DNA of 64,000 nucleotides, taken from IMG/VR virus record IMGVR_UViG_3300031555_003590, positions 64,001 to 128,000 of that record; one strand, given 5' to 3'. The notes under the pieces were generated by a model. That model saw nothing but the letters and a program-made list of their open reading frames with translations, was not told the origin of the DNA and searched no databases. Positions 40,477 through 50,530 of the stretch are shown piece by piece. How positions within the stretch are numbered: the first letter of the stretch is position 1; each line of letters starts with the position of its first letter. The position numbers were made by a program, and so were the translations under genes. The DNA comes from a virus. Its lineage: Duplodnaviria > Caudoviricetes.

Positions 40477-41238
40477 TTGATAACAAATGGAAAACCGTTT
40501 GACACAAATATATTTTTTTCAGGAGGAGCGGGTCTATTTCTTCAGTATCATGATATTATAAAACCAGCATATTTATATGCGATTATTAAAATGATAATTA
40601 CTGAAGAAACATATGGATTGCCAGTAAATATTATCAAAAAATTTTCAATTTTATCCATTATTGAATGGTATATAAAAAGAAGATATAAAAATCCATTACA
40701 ATGTTTAGATTTTAATCATAAAGGTGAAGATGAATATTTAGATGAATTATTACGAATTATTTTGAATAATGATAAATCAATTTATAAATATAGCCCAGCA
40801 TTAAATATCAATAGAATGTTGAATGTATATAGAAGACAACATATGTCATTTCCAATTTACGTATATAGTGAAAATGAAGAATATCATATAAGAGAAGATT
40901 GTAGTAGACTTTTCCAAGGTATTCAATTTAAATATCTACATGGAGATTTAAAACAAGCTATTCAAAGTTGTGATCAAAATTTCACTTATATATTTTCTGA
41001 TATAGAATTAGTAAAAGAAGCTACTCAAATTTTGATAGGAACTTGCTCACATATTTTATTAGCAGCAGAGTATAGATATAATTATACTGATAATTGTAAA
41101 ACATTAAAATATGATCTAACTGAATTAGCTTCAAAACATCCATTTGTTAGAATTGGATTAACTACTGCTATTGATTCAATATCATTAGCTAAGTCTTTTA
41201 CTAATTTAATTAAAATTCAACAGGAAGGAGCTATTTAA
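40477..41238 (+). CDS. Hypothetical protein
   Basis: TTG start with AGGAGGT; TAATG overlap with the next gene. Confidence 0.8.
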   Translation: MITNGKPFDTNIFFSGGAGLFLQYHDIIKPAYLYAIIKMIITEETYGLPVNIIKKFSILSIIEWYIKRRYKNPLQCLDFNHKGEDEYLDELLRIILNNDKSIYKYSPALNINRMLNVYRRQHMSFPIYVYSENEEYHIREDCSRLFQGIQFKYLHGDLKQAIQSCDQNFTYIFSDIELVKEATQILIGTCSHILLAAEYRYNYTDNCKTLKYDLTELASKHPFVRIGLTTAIDSISLAKSFTNLIKIQQEGAI

Positions 41239-43295
41239 TGCTACAATTGAATGCAATTAAAACGGTTGATACACAACCAGAAATAATACCTAGATGGGAA
41301 TATAAAAAACATGCATTTCCAAATGGTGCAGAAAGTTATTGGATAAAATGGCGTTGCCATCCAGATGATATGAGATTCTTTTCAATGCCTAAAACGATGA
41401 TTATTAAATTCGATAAAGAATTATCTCACATTAACAATGAAAATATTTCTGCATTAAATGAATGGAAAGTAACTAAACTTTCATATTCTTCATATTTACC
41501 TAGAATGTGTGAAGAATTAAATTTCTTTGAAACTATGTATGATCAAGAGGGAGAATTAATTGCTGCTTTATTTAAAATCAAATATTTGATTGATGTTGAT
41601 AATATTTCATATACAATGAAAAATTTTGATGCATTTAAAGATTTAGTATATAAAACTATTTTTACTGAATCTATGAAGAATAAAATTACTAGAATGATTG
41701 AAGAAAATTATGTTGATGATATTGAAGCTGAAAATATTAAAAATATGAAAAACCCTGATATGTTAAGTATCATGCAACGTAAAAAGAAATCATTGGAGTT
41801 TTTAAATGTACATGTAAAAGCAATGTTAATGATATCATTTGGAATAAAAATATTATCATTTATTGTAAATCATTTTGCAGTAATGAGATCAATTAATATT
41901 CAAAAGAATATAGAATTATTTTATAGATTCTATGTTGGTATGTTTGATGTATTTGATTTTGAATTTAATATATACAATAAAATTTACAGCTATGTTGAAT
42001 CGAAAACAAGTACTTGTGCAAATTTCAACCGTTCCATATTCAGTCAACAAGAAGTAGAGGGAAAAGATAAGAGTATAATTATAAATCAATTAATGACACG
42101 TAATGTTGTGATAGATAATATGATTAAATTTCAAATGCCTCAAACATGGAATTCTGCTAAGGAGCAACCTAATGAACGCGTTCTCAGCTTCTTATGTAGT
42201 ATTATAAATACACATTTATCAATTTTCATTATGCAGGTAAACTAAACTGCCTGTCTTCTCATAATTGCGGGAACATCTTGTTAGACTTATACTACCAAGT
42301 TATACTAGTGATACTATAATGGTCTAGAGTAACTAACTAGAGTATGGTAACAAGGTATAAGGTAGAGAAAATCCGCAGCTAATCAACTAGTGTTAACTAG
42401 TTGCAGGTTCAACGACTATCGAAAGCAGTAATGTGAGTAGAGTAGAGCCTAAGTTAATGAGGTAGGTATATCCTTTAAATCGAAATGAGAAGCACTACTA
42501 ATAGTAGTGAAGATATAGTCTACTCTATACCAAGAGGTATAGTAGTTCATAAAAGAACGGTATTAGTGTTGCGAACTAATATGAATGCCAGGATTTAGAC
42601 GTAATCTTATAGAGACGAGTATGGTCCCTGATTCTGATGGTAATAGTAAAAATGATAGATATAGAGCATCTAAAATGAAACTAAATGAAGAATATGTAAT
42701 TACATGTTCTATGGATATGAAACAGATTGCTGATCATTTATTTAAAAAATATGAAAAAGAAATTACTCCAGAAGAAATTGAATATTATCGCAGGAATTTG
42801 AAACCAAGTAGACTTCATCAATTAATGGTAGAAATTTATTTCTTCAATTATACTGGATCAGCACAAGAATTTGCATTATTAAGAAATTTAGACTGGCATA
42901 AAATGTTATTGGTAATGCGTAAGGATATTATGCGTAGATTTAATGTAGATAAAGATAGTTTATTAGATTCTGCATTATCATTAATTATCACCAGTAATAT
43001 TGAAGAAACTCCAGTTGGTGAAAAGATGTACGTTAAAGATACTAAGTATCTAAAAGATCATCCAGTATATAATGAATTGGTAGAAAAGTTTTATTCTACT
43101 ATTATAGATATCAATCCTGATATCATTAAGAAGTTTCTAATTACATTTGTTAATAGTAAATACAGATTCGTATTATATGAACATCAGGAATTGTTAGATG
43201 AAGAAATTTCATTAAATAAGAAAGAATTAATTGATGAAATTCTTACATTTCTCTTAATAGCCAATACAAATATTTCATTGGAAGGTAGAGTATAA
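41238..43295 (+). CDS. Sigma-like promoter-specificity subunit of non-virion RNAP (AR9 gp226-like), spliced join(41238..42238,42593..43295), 567 aa
   Basis: Splice GT|A restores MQVFRRN; IIKFDK..ISALNEWKVTKLSY and LIDEILTFLL resemble AR9 gp226 as I recall it. Confidence 0.7.
42239..42592 (+). ncRNA. Group I intron (354 nt, no ORF) in the sigma-like gene
   Basis: P1 GCAGGT/GCCTGT; P10 CTAAA/TTTAG; core AATTGCGGGAA, AATCCGCAGC, GTTCAACGACTA, GAAGATATAGTCT; terminal G42592. Confidence 0.9.
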
Positions 43296-43296
43296 T

Positions 43297-43938
43297 ATGT
43301 ATAATGATGATAAACTAAAAGTTTATTTTGATGCAGAGTTTACTGGACTCCATAAAGATACTACTTTAATTAGCATTGGATTAGTATCTGAGAATGGAAG
43401 ATATTTCTATGCAGAATTTAATGATTATGATAAGTATCAATGTGATGATTGGATAAAAGAAAATGTATTAAATAATTTGATATATGACGACAATTTTCCT
43501 GAAACCAATAATATGAATAATCGTCGTATGCTCGTTTATGGTTCTAAAGAGTATATTGGGCATGCATTAAAAGAATGGCTTAAATTGTTAAGTGAAGATA
43601 ATAATAAACAAATTCAAATGTATTGTGATTGTTATGCATATGATTGGATGTTGTTTAATGATTTAATATGTGAAAATGGTAAAGCATTAAATTTACCTGA
43701 TTATATTTATTATATTCCAATGGATCTGAGTACAGCATTACAATTAAATGGTTATGATCCCGATATCACTCGTGAAGAGTTTATTAGATCACAATTAAAG
43801 TTACTTGAATTCTTATTCCCATTAATAAATGACCATGGACCAGCTAAGCATAATTCTTTATGGGATGCTTATATATGTAAAGAATGTTTTACGAAACTAT
43901 CTTTTCTAAATGATGAAAAAAATCTGGAAAGATTGTAA
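43297..43938 (+). CDS. DEDDh 3'-5' exonuclease (RNase AS-like)
   Basis: YFDAEFTGL, LISIGLV, YDW, HNSLWDA. Confidence 0.85.
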   Translation: MYNDDKLKVYFDAEFTGLHKDTTLISIGLVSENGRYFYAEFNDYDKYQCDDWIKENVLNNLIYDDNFPETNNMNNRRMLVYGSKEYIGHALKEWLKLLSEDNNKQIQMYCDCYAYDWMLFNDLICENGKALNLPDYIYYIPMDLSTALQLNGYDPDITREEFIRSQLKLLEFLFPLINDHGPAKHNSLWDAYICKECFTKLSFLNDEKNLERL

Positions 43939-43948
43939 ATAAACCAAC

Positions 43949-43983
43949 AATGAGGTGTTGGGAATATTCCCAACACCTTATTT
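43949..43983. terminator. Intrinsic terminator
   Basis: AGGTGTTGGGAA/TTCCCAACACCT. Confidence 0.8.
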
Positions 43984-44010
43984 ATTATATATAAAGGTGG
44001 TAATATTATA

Positions 44011-44295
44011 ATGAGCATTCCATCAATATTAATTCATCATTATGGTATTTTAAACAAAAAGGAGGAAAATGAAACAGTAATGAGTAATAAAATTAGAGGT
44101 AAGAAAATGACTGTTGCACAAATGAAAATTGTTAATAAGTATGATAAGTCAATTGATGTGAATGAATGGTTATTTCTTAAAGAAGAACATGTTGATTCCA
44201 ATGGTAATAAAAATGCATCAAAAAATTCATCTGTAGATAAATATTTAAATATTATTAATAAAAATACTGGTGAGATTAAAAGAATATTAATGTAA
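44011..44295 (+). CDS. Hypothetical protein
   Basis: Short basic ORF; alternative start ATG 44080. Confidence 0.65.
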   Translation: MSIPSILIHHYGILNKKEENETVMSNKIRGKKMTVAQMKIVNKYDKSIDVNEWLFLKEEHVDSNGNKNASKNSSVDKYLNIINKNTGEIKRILM

Positions 44296-44312
44296 TATAA
44301 AGGAGTAGATTT

Positions 44313-47300
44313 ATGCGAATAAAATTTAGTAGATTAAATTTAGAATCAGAATGTATGTATGATTGTATTAATGGAAAGGGATTCATTATTAGTGATGTAC
44401 CATTTTCTGATATAGATAAGTCAGTTAGGAATATGGATGGTCCTCGTAGCCCTAGGTTTGGTACGACTTATGGCGATGTTAATGAGTTCATGGATCGTTA
44501 TCATTGTAAATGTGGACGATATGTAGGAGCAACATTTGAAGGTGAATTATGTCCAGAATGTGGTACTAAAATTGAATATACTGATGTTGATATTATGTAT
44601 ACTGGATGGCTTAACTTTTATCCATATAAAATCATATCACCACTTTTCTTTCATCGATTACAATCAGCATTATCAAAGAAAATATTAGAAAATATTATAT
44701 CAAATGAAAATATAATTACATCATCAGGCATCATTAGAAAACATAATGATGCATTAGAAGTAAAGAAAAGTTTATTACAATATCACAATATAGGGTAAAT
44801 ATTGTTGCTCTTTCTCTCATAATTGCGGGAAACTCTCGTTAAGTCTAAGGTACTGCAGCTACTGGTGACAGATAGTGTAGCAGATAGTATAACAGCTATC
44901 GGATAGTAAAAACCCTTAGAATAGAGAAAATCATACGCAGCTAAGATAATAGTTATATATTATTTATATAAGATATTAGAATCTGGTATATTCTAATATC
45001 AGAAAGGAGGTAATGATATATGGGTAAGAAACATAGATACAAGATATCAGAAAATTATGATTTAGAACAAGCTGTATTGAATATGAATTGGAAATCAGTT
45101 TTAATACATGGAGAAATGACAAGATATGAAGTTAGTGATTGCGGCTTGGTAAAAAGTTTAAAACACAATATTATCCTTGCACCAGGAATGGATACTTATG
45201 GATATCCTCAAGTTGGAATATATTTGAATGATGTTAGATTTAATCGAAAAGTTCATAGACTAGTTGCTGAAGCATTTATTCCCAATCCTGAAAATAAACC
45301 TGAAATAAATCATAAAGATGGTAATAAAATAAATAATGATGTTAAAAATCTTGAATGGTCTACAACTAAAGAAAATATTGACCATGCAATTAGAACAGGT
45401 TTACGTAAACATATTGATGCATTAAGTGGAGCATATCATAAATATGAAATTGATATAATACATGAAATATGTAAATTATTAGAAGAAGGTAAATTACAAC
45501 AAAAGGAAATTGCTGAAATATTAAATGTCCCTAAGGGAATAATTTCTGAAATTAAATGTAAACGTATATGGCTTAGTGTATCTTGTCAATATAATATTGA
45601 TCTTCCTAATACTAGAGGCGAAACTCATCATAATGCAATATATACTGAAGATCAAATTTGCAAAGTGTGTCAAATGTTACAAGATCGAAAATATAGTTAT
45701 AAAGAAATAATGAAAATTACAGGAGTTTCTAAATCTTTAATTGCTAATATAAAGAATAAGCATAGTTGGAAATGTATTTCAGATTTATATGATATTCCTC
45801 CTTCTAATTATATTGGTGAAAATCATTATAAATCAAAATATATGGAAGATCAAATTCATTATGTATGTAAATTATTAGAAGAAGGAAAATATACTCATTC
45901 TAAGATTTCTGAAATTACTGGAGTGAGTAAAAAGGTTATTTCAAATATAAAATATAAACATTCTTGGACTCATATATCTAAATTGTATAATATATGATAT
46001 ACCAGATCATTTATTATAACATAACTATTATCAAGTTCAACGACTATCGAAAACAGTAATGTGAGTAGAGTAGTACATCAGCTAAAGATGTAAACGAAAC
46101 GAGAGACACTACTAATTAGTAGTGAAGATATAGTCTAGTATCCTATAGAAATATAGGGAAGTTCATAAGAGAACTGCACTAGCTTGCGACTAGTGTGAAT
46201 ATACGTACAACAGTTTTATGAAAATTTTGAAGAAATAATGTTGTATTATAAAAGTAAACGTAAACAAAAAGCTGATTTAATTGATTCATTAATTAGAGAT
46301 AAAGATTTAGTTTGGACATCTAAAATTCCAGTATATTCAACTGTATTACGTCCTCAAGGTGTAACTGCTGAATCATATTATTTTACTACAGCAGATAAGC
46401 ATATTAATCCTTTAACAAATATATGTATTAATTTAAAGAAAGCTTCTCCAATTGAAGTACCATTATATTTATATCAAGCTCAAATGAGAGTAAATGAATT
46501 ATGGGGTATTAATTTTGTATTAATTGACGGAAAACATGGATGGTGTAGGGGAAATGTGCTTGGAGGCGAGTTGATAATATAAAATGGCTCGCTATAAACT
46601 AGGTTAATTGCGGGAACATCTTGTTATGTCAATACTACCAAGTTATACTAGTGATAGTATAATGGTCTAGAGTAATTAACTAGAGTATGGTAACAATGTA
46701 TTGAATAGAGAAAATCCGCAGCTAATCAACTAGTGTTAACTAGTTGCAGGTTCAACGACTATCTCATAGGACTAGTAATACTAGTCAACAGGAGTAGGGC
46801 CCAATTGCATATGGGGTGAGTGAAAATCTCTTAAATCGAAATGCCTAGCTCTGTTCATTTAATAATGAGCTAAAGATATAGTCTCGGCATCCTATAAGAA
46901 TAGGAGAAGTTCATATTCAATTCATATGAATATAAATGAATTGATTGTAGAGAACTGCATAGTAGTTGCGATACTATGTGAAGATTACGTTAACTACAGT
47001 GGCAGGAGCGTTATAGTTCTTGATCCAACATTAAAAGTAGATGAGGTAGATATACCATATAAAGCATTTATTGAACAATTCAAAGGTAGAATTGTTAGAC
47101 GCATTATAATGGATAAAGGTTGGAGTATTACTAAAGCATATAATTTCCTAGCTAGTAAATTTATGTATGATGATTATGTATATTCAATTATGTGTGATAT
47201 AGTAAAAGATGAAAAACCTTCACTTATAATCAATCGTAATCCAACTATAACATTTGGATCCATACTATTAATGAAAATACGTAAAGTAAAGCCTGATGCA

Positions 47301-49471
47301 GATGATATGTCGATGTCAATACCATCTGCAATACTTCCGGGTTAACAACAGTGGCCCATCCTCTCATAATTGCGGGAACATATTGTGCTTAACAATAATC
47401 TGTATATTTATAATTATATATTATTTATATATGGATGCCTAAAGCTTCTAATACTAACTTATCATGGTAACATAGATAAGGGCTGAACTAATTATTCAGG
47501 TATAGTAAAAAGTTAGAAGATATATGGTTGATCCGCAGGCAAGGTTCGTTTAATGAAAATTAGTATATAAAATGATAAAGGAGGTGAAAATAAAATGGTT
47601 GAAGGAATGTATATTGGAGATACATTTTATTTCATCGAATGGAGAAAGATCTATATTGATGGAATTCCTACACACTATGAAGTTAGTGAAAATGGTATGG
47701 TTAGAAATACTGATGATGGATATATTCTATCTCATGATATTGATAAAGATGGATATCATAAAGTGACTATTGGTGTTAGTGGAAAATCTAAACATTTCGG
47801 TGTACATAGGTTAGTTGCATTAATGTTTATTCCTAATCCTGATCATAAACCTATTCCACATCATAAAGATAATAACCCAGACAATAATGATGTATCTAAT
47901 TTAGAATGGGCTACTTATGCAGAAAATCGTAGATATGCAGTAGAAGCTAGTAATGTTATAGGTAAACGTGGAGAAAATAGTCATTTAAATAAATATAAAG
48001 AAAAAGATATTCGTCTGATTTGCGAATTATTTGAAAAAGGTTTATCAAATATTGAAATATCTAAGATAGTTAATATGCCTAGAAAGTATATTACTGATAT
48101 ACGAAAGGGTAGAAGGTGGAAGTATATATCGAAAGAATATAAATTTGATCCAAAATCCTCTCATAGAGAATCAGGATATTATGAAGAGTTAGAAAATGCT
48201 ATTCTTTATCAACTTTCTATGAATAAATCAGTATTAGAAATAACCAAAGAATTGAATTTACCTAATACTAAAATATATAAATCTCTAATTAAACGAATTA
48301 AACGAACCAGCCTCAACGACTATCTCCTAGTGGAGAGTAGCGCCTAAGCTAATGAGGTAGGTATATCCTTTAAAGCGAAACGAGAGGCACTAGTAATACT
48401 ACTAGTGAAGATATAGTCTAGTATCCTACTGAAAAGTAGGGAAGTTCAATTTCAATTCATATAAATATAATGAATTGATTATAGAGAACTGCACTAGCTT
48501 GCGACTAGTGTGAATATAACGCTAAATGCAGACTTTTGAGGTTAAATCCCAACCATTGGAGTCTTTAAATTTCCTTAATTGCGGGAAACCTGTAATATCT
48601 GTTAATACCAAATCATAGTAGTAATATTATGATGGCAAGAGGTAATATCTCAAGGTATGGTAACAAGTTAACAGAGTTGGGTAACCGACGCAGCGAAATA
48701 TCCTTTAAATCTCAATTATATATTTTAAAATAGAAAGGAGTTGAAATATTATGGCATATGTCAAAAGAGAAAGAAGTCAAAAGGCTATTGAAAGAAGTGC
48801 AAAAAAGGTAGCTAGAAAAAAGCGTTTACAACGCAAACAAGAAGCATTTATAGCATTAGATGCTTCTGGTAATAGACCTACTTTAGCATCAAAACCAAAA
48901 CAGAGAATTACAAAAGAAATGTATCTTAGAGAGCTTGAGAAGATACCACATGCAACTGAGTATACTTTATTAAGTGATTTTAAATTATATACACCAAAAT
49001 GTCTTGTTCAGTATAAGCATAATGTTTGTGGTACTAAATTTCAAGCAACTCCTAAAGATTTCGAGTTGAAAAAATCATTATGTCCTACATGTTATGGCAA
49101 TAGAGATTTAAAGGATACGAGTTCAACGACCAACGAACAACCCTAATACATTAATATCGAATTAGGATTAGTAGTGTAGAGCTATATATAATAAATATAT
49201 AGTGGAAGATGGGATTCCTTAAATCGAAACAGGAAGCTATAGAATATTATTCTGTAGAAGATATGGTCTACTATTTAGATATTAAATATTTAATATCTAA
49301 AAGCAGGATGGAGATGTATTAAATACATTATCGATGCCACTTGATGAAATATCTGAGTGGTTTGCTGGCTTTAGTCCTGTCAATATGATGATCAACCGCG
49401 TTGATGAGACGATTAGGTACGATTGCTCGGCACTAGAGAATATCACCTTGGCCATTCTAAGCGACAAATAA
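44313..49471 (+). CDS. RNAP beta' N-terminal subunit (probably non-virion RNAP), spliced join(44313..44796,46206..46571,46990..47342,48522..48536,49307..49471), 460 aa
   Basis: Zn finger CKCG..CPEC; junctions give NIG-L-QQFY, LGGE-F-NYSGRSVI, NRNPT, ILPG-LNADF-DGDVLN; exons total 1383 nt and stay in frame. Confidence 0.9.
44797..46205 (+). ncRNA. Group I intron 1 of beta'-N (1409 nt)
   Basis: P1 AGGGT/GCTCT; core AATTGCGGGAA, ACGCAGC, GTTCAACGACTA, GAAGATATAGTCT; terminal G46205. Confidence 0.88.
45020..45997 (+). CDS. Intron-encoded NUMOD4-HNH homing endonuclease with three C-terminal HTH-like repeats
   Basis: YEVSDCG.VKS, VHRLVAEAFIPNP..KPEINHKDGNK.NN...NLEW. Confidence 0.92.
   Translation: MGKKHRYKISENYDLEQAVLNMNWKSVLIHGEMTRYEVSDCGLVKSLKHNIILAPGMDTYGYPQVGIYLNDVRFNRKVHRLVAEAFIPNPENKPEINHKDGNKINNDVKNLEWSTTKENIDHAIRTGLRKHIDALSGAYHKYEIDIIHEICKLLEEGKLQQKEIAEILNVPKGIISEIKCKRIWLSVSCQYNIDLPNTRGETHHNAIYTEDQICKVCQMLQDRKYSYKEIMKITGVSKSLIANIKNKHSWKCISDLYDIPPSNYIGENHYKSKYMEDQIHYVCKLLEEGKYTHSKISEITGVSKKVISNIKYKHSWTHISKLYNI
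46572..46989 (+). ncRNA. Group I intron 2 of beta'-N (418 nt, no ORF)
   Basis: P1 GCGAGT/GCTCGC; same core elements; terminal G46989; T|TT restores Phe. Confidence 0.88.
47343..48521 (+). ncRNA. Group I intron 3 of beta'-N (1179 nt)
   Basis: P1 GGGT/GCCC; core AATTGCGGGAA, ATCCGCAGG, CTCAACGACTA, GAAGATATAGTCT; terminal G48521. Confidence 0.88.
47595..48347 (+). CDS. Intron-encoded NUMOD4-HNH homing endonuclease
   Basis: YEVSENG.VRN, VHRLVA..FIPNP...HHKDNN..NN..SNLEW; 3' end overlaps the intron core. Confidence 0.92.
   Translation: MVEGMYIGDTFYFIEWRKIYIDGIPTHYEVSENGMVRNTDDGYILSHDIDKDGYHKVTIGVSGKSKHFGVHRLVALMFIPNPDHKPIPHHKDNNPDNNDVSNLEWATYAENRRYAVEASNVIGKRGENSHLNKYKEKDIRLICELFEKGLSNIEISKIVNMPRKYITDIRKGRRWKYISKEYKFDPKSSHRESGYYEELENAILYQLSMNKSVLEITKELNLPNTKIYKSLIKRIKRTSLNDYLLVESSA
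48522..48536 (+). other. 15-nt micro-exon encoding LNADF of the catalytic motif
   Basis: CTA AAT GCA GAC TTT between G48521 and the P1 of intron 4. Confidence 0.88.
48537..49306 (+). ncRNA. Group I intron 4 of beta'-N (770 nt)
   Basis: Guide CCATTGGAGTCT pairs with AGACTTT (P1) and GATGG (P10); core AATTGCGGGAA, ACGCAGC, GTTCAACGACC, GAAGATATGGTCT; terminal G49306. Confidence 0.88.
48751..49146 (+). CDS. Intron-encoded basic zinc-ribbon protein with no recognisable nuclease domain
   Basis: AAGGAG RBS; K/R-rich N-terminus; HNVCG...CPTC. Confidence 0.7.
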   Translation: MAYVKRERSQKAIERSAKKVARKKRLQRKQEAFIALDASGNRPTLASKPKQRITKEMYLRELEKIPHATEYTLLSDFKLYTPKCLVQYKHNVCGTKFQATPKDFELKKSLCPTCYGNRDLKDTSSTTNEQP

Positions 49472-49475
49472 TCAA

Positions 49476-49501
49476 AAGAGGAGGGTTGATACCCTCCTCT
49501 T
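49476..49501 (+). terminator. Intrinsic terminator directly after the beta'-N stop
   Basis: AAGAGGAGGG/CCCTCCTCTT plus T-tract; supports TAA 49471 as the gene end. Confidence 0.85.
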
Positions 49502-49756
49502 ATTTTTTATTTATATATTATTTTTGTATAATACATATACAAGTTATTGATCCTAAAAGAATAATAATTAATAGGAGTGATTATTTTATGCCGTACAAAA
49601 AAAGTTTATTACACAATTCATTGTCCAAAATGTGATCGAGATTATCAAGTATTACCCCAAGCATATTTTAGAATTAAAAAATAATTATATATTATAATAA
49701 TAGAATAACTAATAATACAATTAGTTATAATATTAAAAAGTGGAGGTATATTAATT

Positions 49757-50098
49757 ATGTCTGAAAAGAAAGCTATTTCTATGGATTATATGGTATCCAA
49801 AGATACTACAGAGGCGCCTAATGATTGTGAATTGAAAGAATGTATTATGTGTAAAAATAAATTTGCAATTCCTATTAATGAATTAAAAGATACAGATAAC
49901 ATATGTGTGAATTGCGAACCTGTTACTTATATTATGTATACTGATCATCTTATTGATGAGATTAATAAATCTGATAATCTAAATGAAGATGATAAAGAAT
50001 ATGTAGCATCAGCACTTCGTAATGATACTAATGAAATATTAAAATCTTTATATGATGAAGATGCTGTTAGTATTTTAGATCGGGTATTAGGTAAATAA
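49757..50098 (+). CDS. Zinc-ribbon protein
   Basis: CIMC...CVNC; GGAGG RBS; promoter motif 49686-49695. Confidence 0.75.
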   Translation: MSEKKAISMDYMVSKDTTEAPNDCELKECIMCKNKFAIPINELKDTDNICVNCEPVTYIMYTDHLIDEINKSDNLNEDDKEYVASALRNDTNEILKSLYDEDAVSILDRVLGK

Positions 50099-50219
50099 TA
50101 ATTAAGAATAGGGAGGTATAATACCTCCTTATTTTTTATCGCATATTCTTTAAGAATATTTATATATTATAAAAATAGAAAGAAACAAGAATTTGATTGT
50201 AAAATGGAGGAATATCAAG

Positions 50220-50501
50220 ATGTTTAAACTCAGTTATGAAATTTCCAAGGTTACCTTTCATCCTTATCGGACCGCCAGGGTTTATGAACGATTCATCAAC
50301 ATTGATCGTTGCTCTGATGAGGGTAGAAAATTTGAGGAGATGCTGGCTAAGAAAGCTGGTGTTACACCCGATAATCACACTGCGTATACCCTTGAGTTAA
50401 TCCAGTTTAGCAAAGAAGATCCTACTCCTCATAAATTGTACATTCAGTGTTCAGATTTCGAAATAAGCATTGGAACTCGTTTGATGCTTGGAAATTTTTG
50501 A
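50220..50501 (+). CDS. Hypothetical protein
   Basis: GGAGG before ATG 50220; promoter motif 50161-50170; higher GC than flanks. Confidence 0.75.
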   Translation: MFKLSYEISKVTFHPYRTARVYERFINIDRCSDEGRKFEEMLAKKAGVTPDNHTAYTLELIQFSKEDPTPHKLYIQCSDFEISIGTRLMLGNF

Positions 50502-50530
50502 GGCTGCTAAGCCAGAAAGGAAGGTTCAAA

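Noticed and set aside
41238-43295. Chimallin (nuclear shell) candidate, because it lies between the DNA polymerase and beta'-N genes
   Set aside because: The spliced sequence resembles the AR9 sigma-like subunit along its length as I recall it; nothing but position suggests ChmA
46926-47345. Track ORFs at 8944, 42585, 46238 and 46926 as independent genes
   Set aside because: They are internal exons; they lack RBSs, and some start inside intron sequence
49423-49635. 70-aa ORF
   Set aside because: It overlaps the last beta' exon in another frame and runs through a terminator
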